Assembly: GCA_040754075.1 (NCBI GenBank)
Contig: JBFMDH010000006.1
Coordinates: forward strand, 102,285-166,284
Length of the DNA stretch: 64,000 nucleotides
Direction: 5' to 3'
From: Acidobacteriota bacterium
Lineage (GTDB): Bacteria > Acidobacteriota > Blastocatellia > UBA7656
Under the pieces are notes generated by a model, which was not told the origin of the DNA, made no database searches, and was given only the letters and a program-made list of their open reading frames with translations. Shown here piece after piece: positions 1 through 10,072 of the stretch. The translations under genes were made by a program, and so were the position numbers. How positions within the stretch are numbered: position 1 is the stretch's first letter; every line of letters starts with the position of its first letter.

Positions 1-28
1 CCCAGACACCGGACTCCAGACTCTTAAC
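1..28. repeat. Partial arm of a tandem-heptamer hairpin cut by the window edge; the reverse complement reads (AGTCTGG)(AGTCCGG)(TGTCTGG)
   Basis: Same CTGGAGT unit family as the hairpin at 17954-18117. Seen directly in the sequence. Confidence 0.3.
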
Positions 29-104
29 TCTTATCATTGACATCAGCGACATTGACAATTAGTCTGCAAGTGCTTTGCGGGTGAAATTGCTGGGAGGAAA
101 AGTT

Positions 105-482
105 ATGGTCTGTGCAAAGTGTGGTTCGGAAAATCGAGAAGAGTCCAATTTCTGCCGTTATTGTTCGGCACCGCTCAAACAACCCAATTCCGGTTATATT
201 CCATCCGTACCACCGCCCGGTGTCGATACCGCTAACCCTTTTAGTTCACAGCAAACTTATCAACAAGCGCCGCAGCCGCCGATGGCAATGCCCGCAGCAC
301 ATGCGGCGCACGGTTTGATTTGCCCGCGTTGCGGTTCAGCAAATGTTTTAAAAGGCAGCACCCCGATATGGGCAATCGTCGCTACGGTTGTCGGATTCTT
401 TTTCGTCTGCATTGTTTCTCTGCTCTTTCTGCTCGTCAAAGACCCCAACAAATGTCTCAATTGTGGGCTGGATTTCAAATAA
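105..482 (+). CDS. Zinc-ribbon domain membrane protein with two CxxC pairs and a C-terminal transmembrane helix
   Basis: ATG at 105 with a GGAGG ribosome-binding site 7 nt upstream. CAKCGS..CRYCS and CPRCGS..CLNCG motifs. The ORF track's TTG start at 75 was rejected. Confidence 0.55.
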   Translation: MVCAKCGSENREESNFCRYCSAPLKQPNSGYIPSVPPPGVDTANPFSSQQTYQQAPQPPMAMPAAHAAHGLICPRCGSANVLKGSTPIWAIVATVVGFFFVCIVSLLFLLVKDPNKCLNCGLDFK

Positions 483-485
483 AAA

Positions 486-518
486 AGCGACCAACAGTTT
501 ATCTATTGGTCGCTTTTG
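486..518. terminator. Bidirectional rho-independent terminator between two convergent genes
   Basis: A run of As, then stem AGCGACCAA/TTGGTCGCT, then TTT. It lies between the stop of 105..482 (+) and the stop of htrA (-). Confidence 0.55.
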
Positions 519-549
519 AGGTTTCCATTAAGGTTGATTTTCAATCACC

Positions 550-2025
550 TTAATCAAGGGTAACGGTTACGAAATCGAATTGACCGCCTGAACGCTCGAT
601 TTGCAAGGCAATCTCTTTTTGCCCTTTGAGACTGGCGATGGCGCTCATCCATTCGGCACGGTTTCTGACCAGCTTGCCTTCTACGCGATGAATCACCACG
701 CCGCGTTGCAAACCGGCTTCAGCCGCAGGGCTATCCGATTTGACCGCTTGCACCACAACGCCGGTATTCACTTTGAGGTTCAGTTGCGAAGCCATCTGCG
801 GGGTCACCGTTACAACCGAGATACCAAGCTCGTTATCGGTACTGTTTTCTTCTTCGTTCTCTTCAGGTTGCTCTTCGTTATTATCCGATAATTTCGGACG
901 CTCGGCTAAAACCACATTAGCTGATTGTTCCGTGCCTTCACGCACGAATTTCAGGTTGATTTGTTTACCAACCGGTAAATCGGCAACCGTTTCCACCAGC
1001 TCTTTAGAAGTTTTAATCGCTTTGCCGTCCACTTCGGTAATGATGTCACCGCTTTGCAAACCGGCTTTTGCAGCAGGACCACTTTGCGACGGAATGTTGG
1101 CAATCAACGCGCCGGTAGTTCCGCCTTTATAGCCGAGGCTGCGAGCGATTGCCGGGGTTAAATCCCGCGGATTGACGCCCAGATAGGCTCTGGTCACTTT
1201 ACCGTTTTTAACGATTTGCGAATAGACTTTCGATGCCAGGGATGAAGGGATAGCAAAACCGACGCCTTCGCTGGCTCCCGAACGCGAAAAAATCATTGAG
1301 TTAATGCCGATGATTTCGCCGTTCATGTTGACTAACGGGCCACCGGAATTGCCCGGATTAATCGAAGCATCGGTTTGAATGAATTTGGTAAATTGCGCCT
1401 GTGCGCCGAGGTCACGACCGAGCGCCGAAACGATGCCTGCGGTCATCGTCTGCTCTAAACCAAACGGGCTTCCCAGAGCAATCACCCATTCGCCCTGCTC
1501 AACCTTTTCGGAATCGCCGAGTTTAGCAAAGGGCAGGCTCTGGGCATCAATTTTAATTACCGCTAAATCGGTTTCCGGGTCTGAGCCTACGAGTTTGGCA
1601 GTAAACTCACGACCATCCGTAAGCTTCACCTTCAATTTACTGGCGTTGCCTGCGACATGGTTGTTGGTCAAAATGTAACCGTCCTGGCTGATGATTACAC
1701 CGGAGCCGGTTCCACGTTGACGACGCGGGACGCTATCGCCGAAATCAAAAAATGGAATCGGATTACTTTGACGCGATGAAGTCGAGCGTTTCACCTCTTC
1801 AACTGTATCAATGTTGACGACTGCCGGTTTAACCTGCTTGGCAATGCCTACGAAGGTCCGCGATAAATCCTGTGGTGTGGGCAACTGAGCTTGCGTAGCT
1901 GATTGTGCTGCTGCAATTTTTTCCAGTGAATACCCCGTCCCTATCGCCAGCATCAAAGCCAGCATTAAGACAATAATTTTTACGCGCTGCAATTGTTTTT
2001 TAATCATCGTTAGATTCTCATCCAT
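550..2025 (-). CDS. htrA: HtrA/DegP family periplasmic serine endoprotease with a trypsin-like domain and two PDZ domains
   Basis: GNSGGPLVN catalytic serine motif, an N-terminal signal or transmembrane segment and PDZ-like C-terminal repeats. Confidence 0.9.
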   Translation of the reverse strand: MDENLTMIKKQLQRVKIIVLMLALMLAIGTGYSLEKIAAAQSATQAQLPTPQDLSRTFVGIAKQVKPAVVNIDTVEEVKRSTSSRQSNPIPFFDFGDSVPRRQRGTGSGVIISQDGYILTNNHVAGNASKLKVKLTDGREFTAKLVGSDPETDLAVIKIDAQSLPFAKLGDSEKVEQGEWVIALGSPFGLEQTMTAGIVSALGRDLGAQAQFTKFIQTDASINPGNSGGPLVNMNGEIIGINSMIFSRSGASEGVGFAIPSSLASKVYSQIVKNGKVTRAYLGVNPRDLTPAIARSLGYKGGTTGALIANIPSQSGPAAKAGLQSGDIITEVDGKAIKTSKELVETVADLPVGKQINLKFVREGTEQSANVVLAERPKLSDNNEEQPEENEEENSTDNELGISVVTVTPQMASQLNLKVNTGVVVQAVKSDSPAAEAGLQRGVVIHRVEGKLVRNRAEWMSAIASLKGQKEIALQIERSGGQFDFVTVTLD

Positions 2026-2205
2026 CGTTCACATACTCCTATTAAACTTTTCAATAAGTACCTTTTTTGAAGAAGAGGCTGTTTGGCGATTGCTTAAACG
2101 CCTCAATAAAATTATGGTTCACAAATTATTTTATACCAACACGCAAGAGCCGGACTAACACGCGGCTAGCCCGGCTCTTATTTTCAGATGTTAAATTTGT
2201 CAAAC

Positions 2206-2757
2206 TTAACTGCGACGTTCAACTTTAAGATTATTGGTCACCGAAAAAGAACCGGGTACGCCTCTGGCTGAAATTCCGGCTAAATTCTTATCGCCTTCCG
2301 TAGCAACAATGCCTTCCAACGAAACATGACCGTTTTTCACAATAATGTGAATCGAAGGATTGACGCCTTGTCCATAACGATAAAGACTTCCTGCGCCGAA
2401 CACCGCGCGGTAAGTGCGCAGACGAATCGAATCATCGAAGCGTGATAGCGGCAAAACTTCAATGTTATTGATTACCCGCTCAACGCCTTCGATTTTGGCA
2501 ATCCGTTTTTCAGCATCTTTGCGCGTCGTCGGACGCACAACCTGCCCGTAAAGGATTACCGTATCGCCTTCCAGTTTAAATGCAAGGTTATCGAACACGC
2601 CGTAATACGGCAGAGTAACCAGTTCTTTTCTGATTTCTCTGGCGGTTCCGCTCTGTATGTCATTACCTTTTTTGCTGCCACCTGCCAAAACGGCTGATGA
2701 TGTTGCAATTAAAAACGCGACTGTTAAAGCTAATATTGTTGTTCTTATTCTTAACAT
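2206..2757 (-). CDS. BON domain-containing periplasmic protein (OsmY-like, two BON repeats)
   Basis: Signal peptide, two BON-like repeats and an AGGAGG ribosome-binding site. Confidence 0.55.
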   Translation of the reverse strand: MLRIRTTILALTVAFLIATSSAVLAGGSKKGNDIQSGTAREIRKELVTLPYYGVFDNLAFKLEGDTVILYGQVVRPTTRKDAEKRIAKIEGVERVINNIEVLPLSRFDDSIRLRTYRAVFGAGSLYRYGQGVNPSIHIIVKNGHVSLEGIVATEGDKNLAGISARGVPGSFSVTNNLKVERRS

Positions 2758-2962
2758 AATCTCTACCTCCTGGTGCTTCTACGAGCAACACCCGTAAATC
2801 CGATTTCATCTTGATGGGGTTACTCTCTCAAAGCCCTTGACGCATTCGGTTGGATGCTTGAGTTAGCCACATCGTAGCCCGTGTGAATTTTCATTTTTTT
2901 AAAATTGTTCACAATTTTAAGCGCAAAAAATTTCCTCCTTTTCCCTCAAATCAATTCGCCGG

Positions 2963-3550
2963 TTATGAATTTTCGGATTCTCTGGAATCAAATTCTGCTT
3001 TAAGTCGTTCGATGCGATTCTTTTCCGATTGCAGTTGTTCCAAAACAATTCCCATTCTGGCGCGTTCGCTTTTGTAGTATTCCAGTTTGTCGCGGTTCAT
3101 CAATTTGCGCCGCATCCGCAAAACGCTTATTACCAGCACTGCACCCACCGCTATCCAGAAAATCCAACCGCCGAAATAGCTTTTGCCAAGCGTTACAAAA
3201 GCTGCAAAAACCAGCAGTAAAATGCCGAACGTCCCGAATAACGAACAGCCCAACTGCAACGGCGCAACCTTTTCATTGGCTCTTAGAACTTCAATCTCTT
3301 CCGTCACTTTTTCAATGTCTTCATTCAGTTCGGCAAGACTGGCTTCGATAGCGTTGAGGTTGCTGGCATCATTTGGAAGCAGCATCGCTTCGTCCGTTTT
3401 GCCGATAATCGCCAGACTCAAGGTGTCTTTGTACTTACGCACACGATAAGAAGCGCCGCACACCGAACAAATCACATGCTCGAAATCGCTCGGAAATTCA
3501 AGCGCCACCGTACACGCGGGACAATTGGTTTTAATGATTTCCATAGTCAT
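2963..3550 (-). CDS. Hypothetical zinc-ribbon, coiled-coil and transmembrane protein
   Basis: N-terminal CPAC..CSVC zinc ribbon, a central hydrophobic helix and a charged coiled-coil tail. Confidence 0.45.
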   Translation of the reverse strand: MTMEIIKTNCPACTVALEFPSDFEHVICSVCGASYRVRKYKDTLSLAIIGKTDEAMLLPNDASNLNAIEASLAELNEDIEKVTEEIEVLRANEKVAPLQLGCSLFGTFGILLLVFAAFVTLGKSYFGGWIFWIAVGAVLVISVLRMRRKLMNRDKLEYYKSERARMGIVLEQLQSEKNRIERLKAEFDSRESENS

Positions 3551-3705
3551 TCAATCGCATTATAACGAATGCTCAAACGATGTCGGCAATCAGGGATTGG
3601 TTCAACCGTTTGTCATCAAACGGTAAACTTTCTAATCCCCTCCCGATTGTTGTATAGTTGCTGATTCAATTTTTGCAAAAATTCAAGCATTGAAGGATTC
3701 ATAAG

Positions 3706-5211
3706 ATGGTCACAATCGATACGATAACCTCGCTGGCGAAACGGCGCGGGTTTGTTTTTCAATCAAGCGACATTTATGGCGGACTCGGTTCGGTCTGGGA
3801 TTACGGCCCGCTCGGCGTTGAACTGGTCAACAACATCAAACGCGCCTGGTGGCGTTCGGTGGTCTATGAGCGCGACGATATGGTCGGACTCGACGCGGGC
3901 ATTTTAATGAACCGTCTGGTCTGGCATTATTCCGGTCACGAAGCGACGTTTTCCGACCCGATGGTCGATTGTCGCGAGTGCAAATCGCGTCTCCGCGCCG
4001 ATAAAATAGAAGGCAAATGTCCGGTTTGCGGCTCAACCAACTTAACCGAACCGCGTAAATTCAACCTGATGTTTCGCACCACGGTTGGCCCGGTTGATGA
4101 CGGGTCGGGACTCGCTTACCTGCGCCCTGAAACCGCGCAAGGCATCTTCGTTAATTTCAAAAACGTACTTGATTCGACCAATCGCAAATTGCCTTTCGGG
4201 ATTGCACAAACTGGCAAAGCCTATCGCAATGAAATCACGCCGGGCAATTTCATTTTCCGTACACGCGAATTCGAGCAGATGGAAATCGAATTTTTCGTCA
4301 AACCGCCGCACATTCTCAAAGAAGGCGATTTGAATGACGAACAATGGCACGACCGCTGGATTGAAGACCGCTTCAACTGGTATTTGTCGCTCGGCATGAA
4401 TGCCAATAATTTACGCCAATACGAACAACCGCCCGAAGAACTCGCGCATTACGCCAAGCGCACAGTCGATTTGCAATATCGCTTCTTCCCCGAACGCGAA
4501 GAGGAAGATAAGCAATTTGATGAACTCGAAGGCATCGCCAATCGCACGGCATTCGACACCATGTCACACTCGAAAAAAATGGTGCGCGTCAATAAACCTG
4601 TTAGCGAGCAAGCCGAAGGCGAATACATTTTGATTGACCCGGTAACCGGCGAAAAGGTTCTCGCGCGGATTAAAGAGGATTCCAAAAAATCCAAGGGCGA
4701 AGAGGAAGTCCGGCACAATCCCGATTCGACCGCCGATATGACCTATTTCGACCACGAATCGAATAAGCACGTCTTCCCTTACGTGATTGAACCGTCGGCG
4801 GGCGTAGCGCGTTCGACGCTCGCCTTCCTGATGGACGCTTACAACGAAGAGGAAGTGCGCGGCGAAACCCGCGTCGTCCTGAAACTTCATCCCCACCTCG
4901 CGCCGATTAAAGTCGCGGTTTTGCCGCTTGCCAAAAACAAAGAAGGCATCGTCAGTCTCGCTAAAGATATTAAAACCCGCTTGCAACGCACCGGCACCAT
5001 GCGCGCCGTTTACGATGACACGGGCGCGATTGGCAAACTCTATCGTCGGCAGGATGAAGTCGGCACGCCGTTCTGTTTGACGGTTGACCATCAATCGCTG
5101 GAAGATAATCAGGTCACCATACGCGACCGCGATACGATGGAACAGGAACGCATCGGCATTGCCGATATTGAAAAAACCATTGCACAAAAACTTGGCTTCA
5201 CGTTGAGCTAA
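3706..5211 (+). CDS. glyQS: Glycine--tRNA ligase (class II, homodimeric GlyQS type)
   Basis: N-terminal sequence and class II motifs, 501 aa. Confidence 0.9.
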   Translation: MVTIDTITSLAKRRGFVFQSSDIYGGLGSVWDYGPLGVELVNNIKRAWWRSVVYERDDMVGLDAGILMNRLVWHYSGHEATFSDPMVDCRECKSRLRADKIEGKCPVCGSTNLTEPRKFNLMFRTTVGPVDDGSGLAYLRPETAQGIFVNFKNVLDSTNRKLPFGIAQTGKAYRNEITPGNFIFRTREFEQMEIEFFVKPPHILKEGDLNDEQWHDRWIEDRFNWYLSLGMNANNLRQYEQPPEELAHYAKRTVDLQYRFFPEREEEDKQFDELEGIANRTAFDTMSHSKKMVRVNKPVSEQAEGEYILIDPVTGEKVLARIKEDSKKSKGEEEVRHNPDSTADMTYFDHESNKHVFPYVIEPSAGVARSTLAFLMDAYNEEEVRGETRVVLKLHPHLAPIKVAVLPLAKNKEGIVSLAKDIKTRLQRTGTMRAVYDDTGAIGKLYRRQDEVGTPFCLTVDHQSLEDNQVTIRDRDTMEQERIGIADIEKTIAQKLGFTLS

Positions 5212-5247
5212 CCACTATCACAAATTCTTGAAAGGGGAACTGATTGA

Positions 5248-5676
5248 ATGAAAAGTTTGAAGGCAGTTTTTGCTCTTATTTTCGCAGCAATTTTCTCTGT
5301 CGCTTGCGGCACCACAAGCGAATCCGCCAATAAAAACACGGCTACGCCGGTCGCCACCAGCACGACGCCGGCAGCGACGGCGAATGCCAATCAACCGGCA
5401 TCCGGTGAAACGATGAAAGCCAGCGTCGACGCGAAAGCGCTCTACACCGAAAAATGCGAGATGTGCCACGCCGCCGATGGCAAAGGCAATGCGCAAATGA
5501 AAATGAAAGAGATGCCTAACTTCACCAATGCCGAGTGGCAGAAAAAAGAGACTGATGAAGAATTCACCAAAGCCATTAAAGAAGGCAAAAAACCGATGCC
5601 GGGATTTGGCGACAAGATGAACGACGAACAGATCAAAGCTCTGGTCGCTTACGTTCGCGCCTTTGCGAAAAAATAA
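5248..5676 (+). CDS. Class I c-type cytochrome lipoprotein
   Basis: Lipobox SVAC, CEMCH heme-binding motif, Ala/Thr-rich linker. Confidence 0.75.
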   Translation: MKSLKAVFALIFAAIFSVACGTTSESANKNTATPVATSTTPAATANANQPASGETMKASVDAKALYTEKCEMCHAADGKGNAQMKMKEMPNFTNAEWQKKETDEEFTKAIKEGKKPMPGFGDKMNDEQIKALVAYVRAFAKK

Positions 5677-5682
5677 ATTTCA

Positions 5683-5760
5683 CGGTAGTCGGAAGCCGGA
5701 AGCCGGTGGTCGGTAATTCATATCTAAAACCGGCTACCGATCACCGACTACTGACTACCG
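5683..5760. repeat. Tandem-heptamer hairpin with unit CGGTAGT
   Basis: Left arm (CGGTAGT)(CGGAAGC)(CGGAAGC)(CGGTGGT)(CGGTAAT). The reverse complement of the right arm is (CGGTAGT)(CAGTAGT)(CGGTGAT)(CGGTAGC). Confidence 0.8.
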
Positions 5761-5763
5761 AAA

Positions 5764-7149
5764 ATGCTCAACGAAGTCTTGAAAATCTGTGAAGCGATAC
5801 GCGACGCGGGCGGGCGAGCGATGCTGGTTGGCGGCATCGTGCGTGATCGTTTGTTTGGCTACGAATCGAAGGATTACGACCTCGAAGTTTATTATTTAGA
5901 ACCTGCGCTTCTGCGTTCCACCCTCGAATCCTTCGGACACGTCAACACCGTCGGCGAACATTTCGCAGTTTACAAATTAACCATTTATGTTCCATCTTCC
6001 GAAACCAATTCTAAAAATGTAAAAATTATCCCGAAATCCGCAATCCGCAATCCGCAATCCGCAATTGTAAAGAAACAGCGCGTCGAGATAGATGTTTCCA
6101 TTCCGCGTCGCGAATCGAAATCGGGACGCGGGCATCGCGGCTTTGTTATCACAGGCGACCCGCACATGACATTTGCCGAAGCTGCCAGACGTCGCGATTT
6201 CACCATCAATGCGATTATGCAAGACCCGCTCACCGATGAAATCGTTGACCCATACGGCGGCGTTGCCGATATTGAAAACCGCATCATTCGCGCAATCGCT
6301 GCCGATACTTTTATTGAAGACAGCCTGCGCGTGCTGCGCGCAATGCAAATAGCCGCGCGTTTTGAAATGACGATTGCGCCGGAAACCATCGCGCTTTGTC
6401 GCACCATTGATCTATCGGATTTGCCGCATGAGCGCATCTGGGGTGAATTTGAAAAATTGTTTTTGCGCGCTGCCAAACCTTCTATTGGACTGCACGTCGC
6501 ACTGGAACTCGGCGTACTGGAAAAACTTTTCCCTCCGCTTTACGCGCTAACAAAAAATCCCCGTGCAAATGAATTGACGGCATTTACAAAAACGCAAAAG
6601 CGATTAGACGCCGGGGCAAGTCAAGTTGGTGAGTTGGCAAAAGAGAAACACTTGACGCTCATGCTGGCGGCGCTTTGTCTTGATTTATCGGTTGAGCAAG
6701 CAATTGACGTTTTAGACACCCTCAGCATTTTTACAATAAACAATTACGATGTGCGAAAACAGGTGCTCGCGCTGGTGAGCGAACACCAAAAGCCGATTCA
6801 ATTTTTTGAATCGCGCGAACAAACCACCGATGGCGACTTTCGCAGACTTGCCGGGCGGGTTGAGATGAATTTGCTTTATCACACCGTGAAAGCCGATTTG
6901 ATTGCCGGCGGTGATAAAAAAGCTCCGGCAGCAAAATGGTTCATCGAAAAAGTGCGGCAGCTTGATTTGCAGCGCGGCGCGCCGGAACCGATTTTGATGG
7001 GGCGACATCTGCGGGAAATCGGCATTCAACCGGGACCGCAAATGGGGAAACTTCTGCATCAGGTTTACGAACTACAACTCGACGGCGTTGTGCAAACCTT
7101 AGAACAAGCCCTTGAAAAAGCCTGTTCCATCCTTGCCAATCAAAAGTGA
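5764..7149 (+). CDS. cca: CCA tRNA nucleotidyltransferase (class II polymerase-beta head plus HD domain)
   Basis: Conserved N-terminus GGxVRD, DYDLEV, RRDFTIN and ERI..E motifs. Confidence 0.8.
   Translation: MLNEVLKICEAIRDAGGRAMLVGGIVRDRLFGYESKDYDLEVYYLEPALLRSTLESFGHVNTVGEHFAVYKLTIYVPSSETNSKNVKIIPKSAIRNPQSAIVKKQRVEIDVSIPRRESKSGRGHRGFVITGDPHMTFAEAARRRDFTINAIMQDPLTDEIVDPYGGVADIENRIIRAIAADTFIEDSLRVLRAMQIAARFEMTIAPETIALCRTIDLSDLPHERIWGEFEKLFLRAAKPSIGLHVALELGVLEKLFPPLYALTKNPRANELTAFTKTQKRLDAGASQVGELAKEKHLTLMLAALCLDLSVEQAIDVLDTLSIFTINNYDVRKQVLALVSEHQKPIQFFESREQTTDGDFRRLAGRVEMNLLYHTVKADLIAGGDKKAPAAKWFIEKVRQLDLQRGAPEPILMGRHLREIGIQPGPQMGKLLHQVYELQLDGVVQTLEQALEKACSILANQK
6035..6062 (+). repeat. In-frame tandem heptamer (AATCCGC)x4 inside the cca coding sequence
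   Basis: Four exact copies plus a partial AAT, encoding ..SAIRNPQSAI.. inside an apparent roughly 30-aa insertion in the head domain. Confidence 0.85.
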
Positions 7150-7218
7150 TTCCACATTCAGAAATTTCCGGCTCGCAAAAATCTTCTACACACGCTGCGA
7201 CCGCTGCGGGTTGCGGCG

Positions 7219-7680
7219 GTGCTTGCAAACTCTATCGAAGATTTCCGCAACCACCTCGAAGTCCTCATCGCGCCCGCCGATGTCAATCGATTCATTGAAG
7301 TCATCAATCATTTCTATCCGCGTTTTCATGCGTGGTGGCAGGCAGGCGCTGAGGAGCAACTGCGGAAAAAAGCTGAAAGTTACCGGCAAACAGAAATCTG
7401 CTTTCTGTCAGTGATTTTCTTTTCCTGCCGAACCTTTGGGAATTTTGGTGCCCGATTCCGGCATTTTATTTATGTCAGCAGAATGAACCTGGATTCGACA
7501 GTTAAACAGGAGGAAGCTATGCTCAGTGAAATCGGTTCCGAAGAATTCGCAGTTTATGAAAAATTCGTCCAAAGCGCGCTCGAAGCCTTCACCCATCAAA
7601 TTGTCGATTGTGAAGATTTTTTAACCGGCGACGCTTTGTATCTGCGGTTAGGCATCCTGCCCAACCGATTGAGGAGGTAA
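7219..7680 (+). CDS. Hypothetical protein; the full 153-aa ORF has a GTG start and no ribosome-binding site, while an internal ATG at 7519 has a strong AGGAGG site and would give 53 aa
   Basis: Open reading frame only, no recognisable domain. Confidence 0.25.
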   Translation: MLANSIEDFRNHLEVLIAPADVNRFIEVINHFYPRFHAWWQAGAEEQLRKKAESYRQTEICFLSVIFFSCRTFGNFGARFRHFIYVSRMNLDSTVKQEEAMLSEIGSEEFAVYEKFVQSALEAFTHQIVDCEDFLTGDALYLRLGILPNRLRR

Positions 7681-7684
7681 TTTA

Positions 7685-8740
7685 ATGAAGCGAGGGTTAT
7701 GGATTCTGCTTTTAAGCATCACCTTGTACTTCGCGGCGCGCGCTCCGGCAAGTGAGCCGCCTGCTTTTGTCGCGAATGAAAAAGTCGCCCCTGTCGATCA
7801 ACCGACCAAAGCAGGAAACATCATCCGCCTTGACCCGCGAATCGATAAACTGATTGCAACGGATGCCAAGCTTGAAAAGGTTGCCGACGGGTTCGATTGG
7901 GTCGAAGGTCCGGTGTGGAATCGCCAAGAAAATTACCTGCTGTTTTCCAACATTCCCGCAAATGCCATTATCAAATGGCAGGCAGATAAGCCTACAGAGA
8001 TTTTTATGAAACCGAGCGGCTATACGGGAAGCGCGCCATTTGCAGGGCGCGAACCCGGCACCAACGGGTTGACTTATGATAATGATGGTCACCTGGTGAT
8101 GTGTGAACATGGCGACCGCCGCATTACGCGACTTGAAAGCAACGGCAAAAAGACGACGCTTGCCGACAGGTTCGACGGCAAACGCCTGAACAGTCCGAAC
8201 GATTTGGTGTTTAGCGCGAAAGGCGATTTGTATTTCACAGACCCGCCCTGGGGACTTCCGAAAACTTTTGATGACCCGCAGAAAGCCTTGGATTTTTGCG
8301 GCGTCTACCGGCTGTCTAAGACCGGCAAACTCACCTTGCTTACCAAAGAACTCAAAGCCCCCAACGGCATCGCGCTTTCACCCGACGAGAAAAAACTGTA
8401 TGTGACCGAATCATTGGGTGAGCGCGCCGCCTGGTATGTGTTCGATGTCAAAGAAGACGGGACGATTACCAACGGGCGTATATTTTTTGACGCGGCGGCA
8501 TTGATGAAAATTCGCAAAGGCGCGCCCGATGGTTTGAAGGTCGATAAAGACGGCAATCTATTCAGCGCCGGACCCGAAGGCATTTATGTATTTGCGCCGG
8601 ATGGCACATTGCTCGGCACTATTGAAACCGGCGTGCCGACCGGCAATTGCAACTGGGGCGAAGACGGCTCGGCGCTTTTCATCACCGCCGACAAAGCCAT
8701 TTACCGCATTAAAACCACAACCAGAGGCAAAGGATTTTAA
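7685..8740 (+). CDS. SMP-30/gluconolactonase/LRE family secreted protein
   Basis: GAGGAGG ribosome-binding site, signal peptide, six-bladed propeller motifs. Confidence 0.75.
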   Translation: MKRGLWILLLSITLYFAARAPASEPPAFVANEKVAPVDQPTKAGNIIRLDPRIDKLIATDAKLEKVADGFDWVEGPVWNRQENYLLFSNIPANAIIKWQADKPTEIFMKPSGYTGSAPFAGREPGTNGLTYDNDGHLVMCEHGDRRITRLESNGKKTTLADRFDGKRLNSPNDLVFSAKGDLYFTDPPWGLPKTFDDPQKALDFCGVYRLSKTGKLTLLTKELKAPNGIALSPDEKKLYVTESLGERAAWYVFDVKEDGTITNGRIFFDAAALMKIRKGAPDGLKVDKDGNLFSAGPEGIYVFAPDGTLLGTIETGVPTGNCNWGEDGSALFITADKAIYRIKTTTRGKGF

Positions 8741-8802
8741 GATGAATGCGGTTGCTTGGCGATGCTCACAACTATAGCCGTTTGCAAAACGATTTACTCA
8801 AG

Positions 8803-8862
8803 TTGAGGAAGCGGTCTTTGACCGGGTTTCCCGTCATACGCGATCAAAGACCGTTTCCTCAA
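8803..8862. repeat. REP-like element, inverted pair
   Basis: TTGAGGAAGCGGTCTTTGACCGG ... CGATCAAAGACCGTTTCCTCAA. Confidence 0.75.
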
Positions 8863-8894
8863 CAGCGGCTGAGTAAACTCAATCGCAAACCGCT

Positions 8895-9188
8895 CTAAGC
8901 GACTGCATATTCGGTGTAAGGTCTGAGGTCAGGGTGGCGAAAACCTAAAACAATTTGATTTTTGGGAATGCCTGCGGCTTCGAGGTCGGTGGCAATGCCT
9001 TCTTCGGTGTTGTTTTCCTGAATCCAGATTTTGCCGTTGACGATTTCCAGATGCGCGATTACTCCGTGTTCGTGCCGTTTATTGTCCCAGCCATAACAGA
9101 GCCATAAATACTGGTCTCGTTCGTGGTCAAAAACAACACGGTCTTCAAGTTCGCTATTTGAGTTAGGAATCTTGGCATAGTTCGTCAA
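8895..9188 (-). CDS. XisI-like protein, probably N-terminally truncated
   Basis: Resembles XisI as recalled (..ERD.Y.....GW...R.HG...HLEI..GKIWIQ.N.TE.GIA..L...GIPK..IVLGF). At 97 aa it is shorter than typical XisI proteins. Confidence 0.5.
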   Translation of the reverse strand: MTNYAKIPNSNSELEDRVVFDHERDQYLWLCYGWDNKRHEHGVIAHLEIVNGKIWIQENNTEEGIATDLEAAGIPKNQIVLGFRHPDLRPYTEYAVA

Positions 9189-9257
9189 TACCTTTTCAAT
9201 GATGTCGCGGTATTGGTTTAAGGTATCTATAGCAAAACCTCTTCGTTCTCAAAAGAG

Positions 9258-9476
9258 CTAGAGTTTTTCCCAGTCGTCCTTATCAATTCCGGCTTGTCGT
9301 AGTATGCGGCTCAACAGGTCTTTGCTGATGTCGCCTTGATGTGGATTCGGAATTCGTAGAGTGATTGCGCCTTTCACCATAAATTGATGTTTGCCGCCAG
9401 AGTAAGGACCTTCAAATCCCAGTTGCCGCAAATATTGAATCAAATCTTTTCTTTTAGTCGCGCCGAAACTTGGCAT
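9258..9476 (-). CDS. hicA: HicA-family toxin of a type II toxin-antitoxin pair (mRNA interferase)
   Basis: YcfA/HicA-like sequence. Its start overlaps the hicB stop as ATGA. Confidence 0.65.
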   Translation of the reverse strand: MPSFGATKRKDLIQYLRQLGFEGPYSGGKHQFMVKGAITLRIPNPHQGDISKDLLSRILRQAGIDKDDWEKL

Positions 9477-9718
9477 CAGGCAACTTCCTTGATGGTTAAT
9501 TCGATGCCGTCAGCCACTGGTACAGGCAAATTACGGGAGATGCGAAACAGCAGCCATTCTTCGAGAACTTCCGCCAATTCTTCGCGGCAATCTTCCAGCG
9601 TTGCGGCATTGGCATAAACGCCCTCAAAGCCAGGAATCTCTGCGTAGAAACTATGGTCATCGGGCAAGATTTCGTAGCGTGCCTGTCGCATTGCGGCTTT
9701 CAGATAATTTGTCAACAT
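9476..9718 (-). CDS. hicB: HicB-family antitoxin (UPF0150 fold)
   Basis: YEILPDD..FYAEIPGFEGVYANAATLEDCREELAEVLEEWL is typical of HicB. It is translationally coupled to hicA. Confidence 0.65.
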   Translation of the reverse strand: MLTNYLKAAMRQARYEILPDDHSFYAEIPGFEGVYANAATLEDCREELAEVLEEWLLFRISRNLPVPVADGIELTIKEVA

Positions 9719-10072
9719 AACCGTTCTTCTCCTTGTCGAAAGCTAGATTGCGCCATTTTGTTCCATCCATCCTAACGCCGCCGCTTCCGATTCTTCAATG
9801 GCTATCTCAACCCCGCGTTTGGCAATGTCGAGCAGGCGTTTTGATACTCGGTAATATCATTTGAAATTTAAGGTCAAGATATTTAGCCGAATGAGTGGCG
9901 ATGCGCAATGCCGAAATGCTGATTGATTTTTCGTCAAGCATCGTACCTGCAATAAGCGCACTGCAAGTGTCGGATGATCTTTGCGGTGCGCTTGCAGTTG
10001 ACTTTGTCGCCCGTCAATAAAAATCAATAAAATAGCAGCAGCGCCGCTGTGGCACAGGGTTCGCTCTAAGGG

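Noticed and set aside
2146-2189. Possible terminator hairpin AAGAGCCGG...CCGGCTCTT between htrA and the BON gene
   Set aside because: The T-tract is on the plus strand, where no gene ends. On the minus strand it is not followed by a U-run. It was left uncalled, but it may be a regulatory hairpin in the htrA promoter region.
4564-5187. 207-aa minus-strand ORF and several others (3836-4036, 4042-4350, 4449-4718)
   Set aside because: Antisense to glyQS, with no ribosome-binding site or known domain.
5683-5760. Interpreting the tandem-heptamer hairpins simply as rho-independent terminators
   Set aside because: Most lack a 3' U-tract. Their arms are 25-60 nt with internal tandem periodicity. They also occur between co-transcribed cistrons where full termination would be deleterious, so they are treated as a distinct repeat class with a possible attenuating or stabilising role.
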